Shown: positions 51,535-61,882 of the stretch, in pieces | Layout of the letters: every line of letters begins with the position of its first letter | Position numbering within the stretch: the stretch's first letter is position 1 | DNA from: Alphaproteobacteria bacterium | GTDB taxonomy: Bacteria > Pseudomonadota > Alphaproteobacteria > MPNO01 > UBA830 | Assembly: GCA_965243135.1 (NCBI GenBank) | Contig: OZ251539.1 | Location: forward strand, 3,520,001-3,584,000 | Direction: 5' to 3' | Length of the DNA: 64,000 bases | Made by a program: the position numbers and the translations under genes | The notes under the pieces: generated by a model | What the model saw: the letters and a program-made list of their open reading frames with translations, nothing else | Database searches by the model: none | Told to the model about the DNA's origin: nothing

Positions 51535-52431
51535 CTACGGCATGTCAGCAAGCGTTTTTCCCCAACGCCTGTGGAACCACAACCACTGTTCAGGACGAGC
51601 ACGCACCCACTCCTCAATGCGTTCATTCACCCAACCCATTGTCGCTCGAATATCGGCGATGCGATCACCCGTATCGACAGGTCGACGCGGCGCTTCGACA
51701 ACAACTCTAAAGTTTGCCGGTCCCGTGCGCTCGGTCCGTACCGGCACCAACAACGCACCATAACGAAGTGCGAGGCTGGCTGGCGCGGACGGAGTCATCG
51801 CCTCCAACCCCATAAACGGCACTGCCACACCGTTGTTCATTCGCACGTCCGCCAACATGAGGATATTCCCGCCCGATTTCAAGATTTCAGTGAGCCTGCG
51901 TGCGCCGGGACGCCCCTTGATTACCATCTCGACATTGCTTCGCGATTGCAATCGCCGCAACGCCGTATCCATCAACGGGTTATTGAATATGCGGTTGACC
52001 ACAACGAGCTCCACGCCATGTCTGTGCGCAGCCCACGGTATTGTTTCCCAGTTACCCATGTGGGCGGAAAACAATATCCCGGGCGCGTCCCGTAGCTTAT
52101 CGAAGTGTTCGCCGCCAACAACCTCGACCCTGTGCCTCTGTTCGGATCTGATCCTGTCGAGATGAAGGTAGTCATTCCCGACCCGGGCAAAGGATTCCCA
52201 AACACTGCGAAGAATTTTTTCCCTCTCGGCTTCCGGCAGATCCGGCCATACGAGCCCAAGGTTGCTACGAACGCGCCTGCTGAGGCCCAAGTACGGCCCA
52301 ATCATTCGAGCCAGCGCTGCAAGAGCACTCGAAGATATATCGACCGGCAACAAGCCAAACGGAACAACGCATAGACGGGCGAGGCCGTATTCAAGCACAT
52401 GCAGAAGCGTCGGACGTGATGATTTACGCAT
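51535..52431 (-). CDS. Lipid A lauroyl/acyl transferase (LpxL/HtrB family)
   Basis: SAHMGNWE, L.D, VPF.G..A.T, PEQWLWFHRRW. Confidence 0.9.
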   Translation of the reverse strand: MRKSSRPTLLHVLEYGLARLCVVPFGLLPVDISSSALAALARMIGPYLGLSRRVRSNLGLVWPDLPEAEREKILRSVWESFARVGNDYLHLDRIRSEQRHRVEVVGGEHFDKLRDAPGILFSAHMGNWETIPWAAHRHGVELVVVNRIFNNPLMDTALRRLQSRSNVEMVIKGRPGARRLTEILKSGGNILMLADVRMNNGVAVPFMGLEAMTPSAPASLALRYGALLVPVRTERTGPANFRVVVEAPRRPVDTGDRIADIRATMGWVNERIEEWVRARPEQWLWFHRRWGKTLADMP

Positions 52432-52769
52432 AGATCTCCAAGCCGATCCAGTGATTCAAGAGTTTGCAGCAGACGTCCGAGTAGAGTATGTCGAGAACTA
52501 TAATCCACGCCCCTTCAAGTTGTTGTGCAACTAACCCCGGGCAGTAGGCTACAAGAAACCGTTCCGCGAATCGAGGATTTTTTCGCGGCGACGCTCGCTG
52601 TTCGAGAGTTCGGGCGTGTGACGCTGAGGGCCGCCCCATCTGTCTTCACGCCGCAACCCCCGAACGCAGAACGGTTATGTCGGCGCATGATAGCGGCGCG
52701 AGGCCGGGAGAACCATATCTAAAGTTACATGCTACGGGATGAGCAGGCGCCGGTCGGGAGAGTCAGAAG

Positions 52770-52830
52770 GGATGGATGCCCCTCCCCAGCGGCATCGCGC
52801 TGCGCCATAGTGCCGTCAGACCACAACACC
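52770..52830 (+). repeat. Isolated IS1111-type left end
   Basis: GGGATGGATGCCCCTCCCC.GCGGCATCGC..TGCGCCATAGTG...ACCACAACA matches the reverse complement of ~44292-44353. Confidence 0.7.
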
Positions 52831-52838
52831 ACCGGAAG

Positions 52839-55404
52839 GTAAGCGTTCGCTACCCGGGGGACGAAAAAAATTTGTCCCGGGGACTGGAAACGATTCGGTG
52901 ATCCCTGCGCCTTCATGGAGTTGGCGACACCAGATTTAGCTTCGAAGCGACCGACCGACAGTGGGCCTTGCTGCTGGCACTGACCCTCCGGCAGCGCGAC
53001 GAGGCGATTCGGCAGCGCGACGAGGCGTGCCAGGAAGCGGAAGCGTCGCGCTGGAAGGAGGTAAGCGCTCGTCAGCAGGCGACGTTCTGGAAAACGCAGC
53101 ACCGCCGGGCGCGGGGCCGAGGCGGCGCGCAACGAGCTGAAACGCCTGAAGTCTGCCTCTTCGGCGAACGGGCTTAAGCGGGAAGCGGGCCGCCTTCGGC
53201 ACGAGCTTGCGAAGACGAAGAGGCGACTCGACGAGACCGAACGCGAGAACGCCCGCCTGAAAGCGCGCAACCGCAAGCTTGACAAGTTCGGTCGCAAGAG
53301 CGACCGCGCCCGCCGCTCGCGGAAGGGCGGCACGGAACGAGAGGCCCGGCGGCGTCGGGGACGACAGCCCGGGTCGCTGTCGCATGGACGCACGCCGCGC
53401 TTGCCGGTGGAGGTGGAGATCATTGGACCTGGGGAATGCCGCTGCCCGAACTGCGGCAAGCCCTACGCGAGAAACGGAGAAAAGGTCACCGAGTTCGTCG
53501 AAGTCGAGGTTCGCGCCTACAAGCGGCGTTGTCGCCGGCCCCGGTACCGTTCGACATGCTCGTGCGCACCGAAGCAGGAGGTGATCGCTCCGCCGGTGCC
53601 GCGGCTGTTCGCGAACACGCCGTACGGCCTGAGCGTCTGGAACTGGTTTCTGACCGAGACCTACGCCCTTCACCGTCCGTTGCGGTCGTTGCCGCGACAG
53701 TTGTCGATGTTCGACTTCGAAGTCTCGCCGGGTACGCTGGGGGGCAGCGTCAAGCGCTTCGTGCCCTTGTTCGCGCGCCGATGCGATTATCGAACGTCAG
53801 GCAACGGCTAGCCCACGGCGACGAGACGAGCTGGAGGGTTCACATCCGCGGCGAGGAAGGCGAAAATCCCCGTAGTCTGGGTTTGCCAGACTGCCGTGAG
53901 GATGGCCCTTCCCGCAGCGCAGCGGCGGCGCAGAAGTTGTTCGGAGGCCTCGGCGTCGACGAGCCTGTATACCGCGACCGGTACTCCGCTTACAAGAAAC
54001 TGGCGAAGGATTTGCCGGACCAGTTCGTGCTCGTTTACTGCTGGGGTGCGCCGCGACTTCATGGACGCGGTCGCCCCAGCATGAAGTCTTTCGGCGATGA
54101 GTGGGTAGTCAAGGTCTGTATGGTTGGAATGCCGAGCGGTCGCGGCACTGGATCTCCGGGGCGAGCGAACAAACCGCTGCTTTCGACGAGGCGCAACGGG
54201 AGCTTGAGAGCAGCACATTCTTCGACGATGTGCGGCGGCAACTCCACGACCTGCGATGCGCCGCAGCGCAAGCCGTTGCAGTCCTTGCTGCGTCAAGGCT
54301 TGAATATCTTCGTCGACAGCCGTGCCGATGGACAACAGCCGAGCGCACCCTGCGCGGCCCCGCGGTCGGACGTAAACTGTCGTTCGGCTCGTTCAGCGAG
54401 GCGGGAGCGCAACTGGCCGGGCTGCTCTTCTCCATGTACGCTTGAACTGGCTGGCTTCTCGCCGCGCCACTGGCTCCGCGATTATCTGCAAACCTGCGCC
54501 GAGCGTGGCGGACGAGCGCCCGAAGAGGCGCATGCCTGGCTTCCTTGGGGCGCCGACCCGGAGCGCGTCCGCACCTGGCGTGTCGCGGCTCCGCAGGGGC
54601 CATGAGTTCTGCGGGCGGGCCGAGGACGAACTCGACCTGATTCGCGACCGCGCAACGGAACCCGCCTCTCAAACGCACGCCCCTGTCGCGCGTGCGAACG
54701 CCTCGCCTGGCGCAAGCCCAACGGCGGCTTGAAAGACATGAGCGCCCGCGTCGCCCTGCTGGAACGCGACGGCCTCTGCCGCCGTCGCAGGTCCGCCCGC
54801 GTTCGCCGCTCCGCCGTCTCCCGAAACCGAACCGCCCCCGTTCCCAACTCCCGAACGTCAGGTCCGTCCGCTGCGCACCCGTCCGCAACGCCAACGAGGG
54901 TCGGCTCTGGAACGCCTTGATCGACCGCTACCTCGGCTTTACGCCCATGCCCGGTGCGCAGCACTTCGTCCGCTCCGCAGAGGGCGAACCACTGGCCGTG
55001 CTCGGCTTCGGCGCCGCCGCGTGGAAGACCGCACCGCGGGACAAGTTCATCGGTTGGGAGCGCCGCCAGCGCACCTTTCGTCGTCAACAACGCAAGATTA
55101 CTGCCCTGGGTCAGAATCAAACATCTTGCATCCCCTCGCACAGGTCGAGAGGCGTTTGCTCGACGACTGGGACCGTCGCTACGCGTTGCGTCCCGCACTG
55201 CTTGAGAGCTTCTGCGAAAACCCCCGATTCGCGGGCACTTGCTACCGTGCAGCCAACTGGGTCCGGGTCGGCAAAACGCAGGGCCGCGGCAAGCTCGACA
55301 TGAAAAACGAATATGCGCTGCCGGTCAAGGATGCTGAAGCCCCTGCGGCGGGGCTGGAAGAAGATCCTTAATCGCAGACCATCACCCGGGTAGCGAACGC
55401 TTAC
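52839..55404 (+). mobile_element. IS66-family element with decayed TnpC and a DUF4338 passenger gene
   Basis: TIR GTAAGCGTTCGCTACCCGG at both ends; 8-bp TSD ACCGGAAG (52831-52838, 55405-55412). CPNCG, HGDETSW, DRYSAY, AER.LR..AVGRK. DUF4338 remnant at ~54590-55371 (LLESF....FAGTCYRAANWVRVGKTQGRG). Confidence 0.9.
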
Positions 55405-55751
55405 ACCGGAAGAGCCGCGTGCGCTGTTCGTAACGTCTTGAAATGCGGACAGCTTTCCGGGGTGCGGAATTTTTTTACCCCGATTCGGGTACGGAAAACT
55501 GCGAATTCTCCGCGCCGGGACTGCGATTTTCGCAGATTCCACCCCACGGCCGGGTGCCGCCCCTGGCCGCCTGCGTTCAGGCCACGGCCCGGCTTCCACC
55601 GGGTTTGCGGCGCGGCAACCGGATACTCGCCTTTTGTTCTGTGGACTGAGCGCCCGCGAGGCCCTTGCGGGCCGCCGGCGGGCGGGCGGAGCGGCTCGCG
55701 GGGTGCCGACCGGGCGGCAGGCCGACAAAAATGGCACAGCGCAAACGGCTC
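55405..55751. repeat. Non-coding repeated element, copy 2
   Basis: Reverse-complement match to both ends of 21727-22405. Confidence 0.8.
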
Positions 55752-55849
55752 CGGAAGGAGCGTCCATGCTTCGGAGCTGATAGGGGGTTGTATGGTGTAG
55801 CGCAACAAGATACAATTCTTGGCTTCTATTGTTCTCGAAGGACTGTCCC

Positions 55850-58800
55850 ATGCTGCTACAATCAGAGATTCCCTCGCATCCTGGTATCTTTCTCAGGAAA
55901 CATGTGATTCCCTCGGGCATGTCGGTGACAGATGCCGCGAAGAGGCTGGAGGTGGGTCGCCCGGCCCTTTCGAACCTGCTGAACGGCAAATCGTCGCTGT
56001 CTCCCAGGATGGCTACCCGGCTGGAAAAAGCGTTTGGGGCCAATAGCCGGAAACTGCTCGATCTGCAGGCGGCGTTCGACCGCCACAGTTGGCGGAAGGA
56101 CGAGACTGCTGTCGCTGCGTATGTCCCGCCTTTCCTGACCATCACAGCCCGGCAAATCCACGGGTGGGCGGACAGCAATATCGAAGCCCGCCGCCTGTTG
56201 CCGGTGCTGTTGCGCAAGCTGATCCATTCGACCGTGCACGACCTTCACCATGTTGACTTTCCCGGGTACGACAACGCAGAGCGCAGGGGGTGGGACGGTC
56301 TGGTCGAGGCTGGCGCAGCGACGTCTTGGGTTCCCGAAGGCAAGTCCGGCTGGGAATTCAGCGCCAACAAGGATCCGCGCAGAAAGGCTGAGAGAGACTA
56401 CGAGGCCCGAGTCCGCTCCATTCCCCCGGCCGAAAGGATGGATTGCACCTTTGTCTTCGTTACGCTGCAGAACTGGCCCGGCAAGACCAATTGGATCAAG
56501 AACAAACGGTCGGCAGATCATTGGAAGGACGTAAGGGCGCTCGACGCAAGTGATTTGGAGCAGTGGCTGGAACAGTCCATTCCCGCCCGTATGTGGCTCG
56601 CCGAGCAATTTGGCGAGCCGGGCACCGGTTTCGAGACGCTCGATAGATGTTGGCGGCGTTGGGCGGAAGCGAGCAACCCGGCATTGACGCCTGCGATATT
56701 CGGCCCCTCGCTCACCGCCTACCGAAACACCTTCAATGAATGGCTCGGGAAACCGAGCGAACGTACATTCACGGTCGCCGCAGATTCCAAGGACGAGGCG
56801 CTAGCGTTCCTCTCATGTCTGTTTCAGGAAGACGACATCGCTGGGCGACGGCAGGATCTTGCAGCGGTGTTCGACTCGGTAGAGACGTTGCGGAAGTTGG
56901 CGATGTCGAATGCGCCGTTCCTCCCGGTCGTCCACACCGATGCGGTCGAACGCGAACTAGCCTCCATCTATCGTGCACGGCATTGCATCGTTGTCCGCCC
57001 CCGTAATGCCGTCGATTCGAAACCCGATATCGCTGTCGGCCCTCTTGACCACGATGCGTTCAAGAAAGCGCTTACCAGTATGGGCCTTGACTCCGACGAG
57101 GCGGACCGGCTGACGAGAGAGTCGGGGCGTTCGCCGACAATCCTGCGACGGCGGCTTTCCAAGATCGACGCCATCAGAAGGCCAGCATGGTCCGAGGATG
57201 CGGACATCGCGAGAGGGTTGATCCCGATGGCTCTGGTCGGAGCGTGGTGCGAGAGCGCGAACGCTGACCAAGAGATTCTGTCCATCTGGAGAGACGGAGG
57301 CTATGAGCAAATAGAAGAAAACATCACGCATTTGCTGCGCCTCGACGATAGCCCTGTCTGGTCGGTCGGGCAGTATCGCGGTATCGCCTCGAAGATCGAC
57401 GCCTTGTTCGCTATCCGCGGGTACGTGACTAAAAAAAACCTCGACGATTTCTTCTGTATCGCCGAGTATGTTCTGTCCGAAACCGACCCAGCGCTTGAGC
57501 TACCGGAAAGCGAGAGATGGGCCGCTGGACTTCACGGCAAGGTGCGCAACCATTCTACGGCGTTGCGCAACGGCATTTGCGAAACCCTCGTTCTACTCTC
57601 CGTCCACGGTAAAAATTTATTTCAGGATAGGCTCAGTATAGACGCCGAGGCGCATGTTGCGGCGCTGATCCACAAGCTACTTACACCATTAACTCTCGAC
57701 ACTTTGCTCTCGCACAGCAAGGAGCTTCCTTACTATGCGGAAGCCGCGCCGGAGCAATTCCTGAACCTGGTCGAGATGGATCTTCAACAACCCGCTCCGG
57801 TTGTGCACGGTTTGTTGAAGCCCGCCGACAGCGGCCCATTCGCTGGCGGATGTCCGAGAACCGGGCTTCTGTGGGCCTTGGAATGCCTTGCTTGGAAACA
57901 CCTTTGGCGTGTGAGCGTGATACTCGCACGGCTGTCGAAAACTGCAATCCATGACAATTGGATCAACAAGCCGATCACCAGTCTTCAGGCGATCTATCGT
58001 TTCTGGCGGCCGCAAACAGCCGCTTCACTCGATGATCGGAATCAGGCATTGGAAACGCTGACGAAGCGGTTTCCTGAAATCGGCTGGGATGTCTGCATCA
58101 CACAGCTGAACACCGGTCCGCAAGTGGCATTGCCTTTTCAGCGGCCGCGCTGGCGTGGCGATGCTTTGGGTGCCGGTCATATGCCTCTGCCGCAAGAAAT
58201 CCGCGACTTCATGCAAAAGACGCTCAATCTCGTGCTCGCGTGGCCAGAGCATGATTGGAAGACACTCGGCGACCTCGTCGAACGGGTCGAGGAAATGCCT
58301 TGCATGGCTCAAAACAAGGTTTGGAGCTTGATCAGTGGATGGGCGGAGTTGGAAACCGACGACCGGGCTAAGGCCAAGCTTCGGAACCGGATTCGCCGGT
58401 TCGCGTTGACGCGCTACGGACAGAGAAACCTGAATAACGAAATCAAAAATCGAGCGCGCTTGACATATGCAAAGCTAGAGCCGAGCGATCTCGTCATTCG
58501 ACATTCTTGGCTCTTCGCTAATCATCGGGTCAATTTTTATGACGACGAGGACGAAGATATTGATTACGATGAACACGCAGAGAAAATTCGGCAGCTCCGC
58601 GTCTCGGCGATCAATGAGATATGGATGGAGCGCGCATTCGAAGGTGTTACAACACTCCTATCCGATAATTGTGCGGCTAGCGTAGTAGGAAAGTCCTTGG
58701 CGTCGACCCTTGTGAACACGAGGGCGCGTGTCGATTTTCTGCGGCAATGTATCTCTGCCGCCACCATCATCGAGAAGCAGCTGGATGACTGTGTTCGGGA

Positions 58801-59908
58801 TTTCCTATTATCCATCGGCGACGAAGAGTGTGAAGCGGTGCTCTTGGCTGCTATCGAAGAAGCGGGTACCGAGGGAACCGTACGGTTGTTGCGATGCGCA
58901 CCCTTCGCACAGCGCACATGGCTTCTTCTTGATCGATACGGAGAGCACATACGCGCTCGATATTGGCGGGAAGTCACCCCAAGATGGAACTGTCACGGCA
59001 ACGCAGAACTGTGCGAGCTCGTCGACCGCTTGCTTGAAGCGAAACGTCCCCGCGCCGCTTTCAATACGGTATACTTGGACTGGTCACGGATAGAAACATC
59101 GCGGTTGAAACGTCTCCTTTTCGACGTTGGCACCGTCTATTCCGAGCCTAATGATCGTTATGTGCTTGAACCTTACCAGATTTCGGAAGCGTTAAGCGCG
59201 CTTGACGGTCGTCCCGGAGTGACACCGGATGAAATGGTGCAACTCGAATTTATGTTTATCGAGGCTCTCCGTTGGAGCAAGCACCGCATCCCGAATCTTG
59301 AGCGCCATATCGCCGAATCACCTCTTTTTTTCGTTCAGGTGTTGGCTCTCATGACCAAACGGGACGATGACGGAGAAGATCCGCCCGAATGGCGGACCTG
59401 GGATCCGGAACGTGGCACGGCGCGGACCTCCCCCTACAGTCTTCTAGATCGAATTAACCATCTCCCGGGAACATCAGGAGATGGAAAGATTGACATCCAA
59501 ACATTGGCTGATTGGGTAACGGAGGCGCGGCGACTTTGCGCTGACCACGGCCGCGCCAAGATCGGTGATCATTACATCGGTCAGCTTCTTTCTAGAGCTT
59601 CCGCCGAGGAGGACGGCTCTTGGCCATGCCTGCCGGTTTGTGAGGCGATGGAAAGGAATGCCTCTTCCGCGATGGGCCAAGGTTTTAGAACTGGTGTCAT
59701 GAATGCACGCGGCGTAACCATGCGAGAGCTAGGAGAGGGAGGCGCAAAGGAACGCGAACTCGCTGAGAAGTATCGGGACTGGGCAAGTCGACGCGCTATC
59801 GATTGTCCCTACATAAGCAACATTCTCGAAGGAATCGCGGCCTTTTACGACTGGAACGCGAAGCGAGAGGATGACGAGGCGAAAATCGAAGAGCGGTTGG
59901 GGTATTGA
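55850..59908 (+). CDS. ~1350-aa protein: HigA-type HTH + nuclease-like domain + degenerate STAND-like region + helical C-terminus
   Basis: HPG..L...V.RPALSNLLNG...LSP.MA.RLEKAFG (HigA), GWDG...GWEFS, FVFVT, AADS.DEALAF, RESGRSP.ILRR. Intact ORF. Confidence 0.8.
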   Translation: MLLQSEIPSHPGIFLRKHVIPSGMSVTDAAKRLEVGRPALSNLLNGKSSLSPRMATRLEKAFGANSRKLLDLQAAFDRHSWRKDETAVAAYVPPFLTITARQIHGWADSNIEARRLLPVLLRKLIHSTVHDLHHVDFPGYDNAERRGWDGLVEAGAATSWVPEGKSGWEFSANKDPRRKAERDYEARVRSIPPAERMDCTFVFVTLQNWPGKTNWIKNKRSADHWKDVRALDASDLEQWLEQSIPARMWLAEQFGEPGTGFETLDRCWRRWAEASNPALTPAIFGPSLTAYRNTFNEWLGKPSERTFTVAADSKDEALAFLSCLFQEDDIAGRRQDLAAVFDSVETLRKLAMSNAPFLPVVHTDAVERELASIYRARHCIVVRPRNAVDSKPDIAVGPLDHDAFKKALTSMGLDSDEADRLTRESGRSPTILRRRLSKIDAIRRPAWSEDADIARGLIPMALVGAWCESANADQEILSIWRDGGYEQIEENITHLLRLDDSPVWSVGQYRGIASKIDALFAIRGYVTKKNLDDFFCIAEYVLSETDPALELPESERWAAGLHGKVRNHSTALRNGICETLVLLSVHGKNLFQDRLSIDAEAHVAALIHKLLTPLTLDTLLSHSKELPYYAEAAPEQFLNLVEMDLQQPAPVVHGLLKPADSGPFAGGCPRTGLLWALECLAWKHLWRVSVILARLSKTAIHDNWINKPITSLQAIYRFWRPQTAASLDDRNQALETLTKRFPEIGWDVCITQLNTGPQVALPFQRPRWRGDALGAGHMPLPQEIRDFMQKTLNLVLAWPEHDWKTLGDLVERVEEMPCMAQNKVWSLISGWAELETDDRAKAKLRNRIRRFALTRYGQRNLNNEIKNRARLTYAKLEPSDLVIRHSWLFANHRVNFYDDEDEDIDYDEHAEKIRQLRVSAINEIWMERAFEGVTTLLSDNCAASVVGKSLASTLVNTRARVDFLRQCISAATIIEKQLDDCVRDFLLSIGDEECEAVLLAAIEEAGTEGTVRLLRCAPFAQRTWLLLDRYGEHIRARYWREVTPRWNCHGNAELCELVDRLLEAKRPRAAFNTVYLDWSRIETSRLKRLLFDVGTVYSEPNDRYVLEPYQISEALSALDGRPGVTPDEMVQLEFMFIEALRWSKHRIPNLERHIAESPLFFVQVLALMTKRDDDGEDPPEWRTWDPERGTARTSPYSLLDRINHLPGTSGDGKIDIQTLADWVTEARRLCADHGRAKIGDHYIGQLLSRASAEEDGSWPCLPVCEAMERNASSAMGQGFRTGVMNARGVTMRELGEGGAKERELAEKYRDWASRRAIDCPYISNILEGIAAFYDWNAKREDDEAKIEERLGY

Positions 59909-60020
59909 TCCCAGCGGTCGTCCCGCACGGCCGCTGGTACCTCAGCAAGTAGGATGCCGGCGCTATTGACAGCGCCTAGAGCGGGCGGGAATCGCCGACG
60001 GCCCGGACGAAGTAGCGCTA

Positions 60021-61193
60021 GTGTCCTGATTCCGAAGTTCATATATTTTTGACTTGGTTTTGGGCAGTTTCCAGCGTTCGCAGGCAAAACCGCTGAATCG
60101 AGGCCAGAATTTCGTCCGCCGATTTGGTCCAGCGGAACGGTTTCGGATCGTCGTTGACGGTGTCGATATAGGCGTGGATGGCCTGCTCGAGGTCGGCGGT
60201 CGACCGGTGTACGCCCCGCCTCAGTTGCTTTTCCGTCAACAGGCCGAAGAAGCGTTCGACCTGGTTGATCCACGAAGCGGATGTCGGGGTGAAGTGGACA
60301 TGCCAACGCGGGCGCTTGGCGAACCAGTTGCGGATGGCATCCGTCTTGTGGGTCGCGTAGTTGTCCATGTGGATGTCGAGGTCGGGCGGCACGTTGTCTT
60401 CTATGTAGTTGAGGAACTTGCGGAATTCTTCGCTGCGATGGCGGCGGAAGCACTTGCCGATCACCTTGCCGGTGGCGACATCCAAGGCGGCGAACAGAGA
60501 GGTCGTGCCGTTGCGCTTGTAGTCGTGGGTCCGCCGTTCCGCTTGCCCGGGCCGCATCGGCAACAGCGGTTGCGTGCGGTCGAGGGCTTGCACCTGGCTT
60601 TTCTCGTCGACGCTCAACACCAGCGCCCGCTCCGGCGGGTCGAGATACAAGCCCACGATGTCCCGCACCTTCTCGACGAACAGCGGGTCCTTCGACAGCT
60701 TGAAGGTCTCGCCGCGATGGGGTTTCAGGCAGAAGGCACGCCAGATGCGATGGATGGTCGAGGGGGCGTAGCCCACCGCCCCGGACATGGAGCGCAGGCT
60801 CCAGTGGGTGGCGCCCGGCGGCGTTTCCTCCAGTGTCCGGCGAACCACATCGGCGATGTCGTCGTCGCCGATGCGGCGCGGCGCGCCAGGGCGCGGCTCG
60901 TCGTAGAGGCCGTCGAGGCGACGCTCCGCGAAACGGCGCCGCCACTTGCCCACCGTTGCCTGGGTCATCTTCAGTTTGGCCGCGATCTCCTTGTTGGCCA
61001 ACCCTTCCGCCGCCGCAAGCACGATGCGGGCGCGCCGCGCCAGCGCCTGCGCAGTCCTGTGGCTCCGCCCGAGGCTTTCAAGCTCCTTGCGTTCCTCGTC
61101 CGTCAACTCGACTTTCACTGCTCTGTTCGCCATCATGCGGTCTCCTAGGCTGAGGTCGCAACTATTATTGCACGAATTTCTCGATCAGGACAC
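60021..61193 (-). mobile_element. IS630-family element, transposase ORF 60039-61136
   Basis: TIR GTGTCCTGAT flanked by [32 protein letters not shown]. Confidence 0.95.
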
Positions 61194-61446
61194 TAGCGAG
61201 CGGCGAACTCATGCAAGAAGCGGCCCTCGTCCGCGTTCCGGCTCCACGGGTTGAGCGTTGGCAGGCCGTTCGGGAGCCGAGGGCCCCTGTCGCAGGAACG
61301 GACACGGGCAGGTGGGGGAGCGTGTCGTGGCGGTGGCCAGGCCCTTGTTGAAAGAACCTATCGGGTCGGATATAATCAGAAGCTCTCTCGTCGAGACAGA
61401 ATGTTCTTCGGCGGAACAGAATTAGGAAAACCTTGGAGAATGAGAA

Positions 61447-61782
61447 ATGCCCAAAATGATCCCTTGGGATAGCCCAAAGCGTAACCACGGTGCGGCAACA
61501 TCGGATTTCGCGAAGATCGCTGCCGACGTACAGTCGCGTGGTCTGCCAAAACCAGTAAGTAGCGGTAACTTCCAGATCACGATCCGGAATCCTTCCAAAT
61601 CAAGTGACCCGCGCACGGTGTACCTCGGAAAGCGCAGAAGGGAACGGGATCACCAACCCGGCAAGCCTTGGTACATCGAGTGGGAAACGTCAGGACCTGC
61701 TCCGAGAGATGAGCGCATGAAAAAATACTGTTTTGCCAATCCGCGCGAAGTGATCAAGTGGCTCCAAACTTTCGGCTTCTGA
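61447..61782 (+). CDS. Hypothetical protein
   Basis: 111-aa ORF with GGAG upstream; no recognised motif. Confidence 0.5.
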   Translation: MPKMIPWDSPKRNHGAATSDFAKIAADVQSRGLPKPVSSGNFQITIRNPSKSSDPRTVYLGKRRRERDHQPGKPWYIEWETSGPAPRDERMKKYCFANPREVIKWLQTFGF

Positions 61783-61882
61783 TCGTTCGTTCCGATCGCC
61801 GATGACGCTCCCTGCTGTTTCTTTCCGCAAATCACGCCCGATACTTTAATTCAGAGAAAATTGACTGTGAATTTGGTCCGCT

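Noticed and set aside
11433-55404. Complete Druantia system
   Set aside because: Only DUF4338-like pieces inside IS elements; no DruE helicase or other Dru genes.
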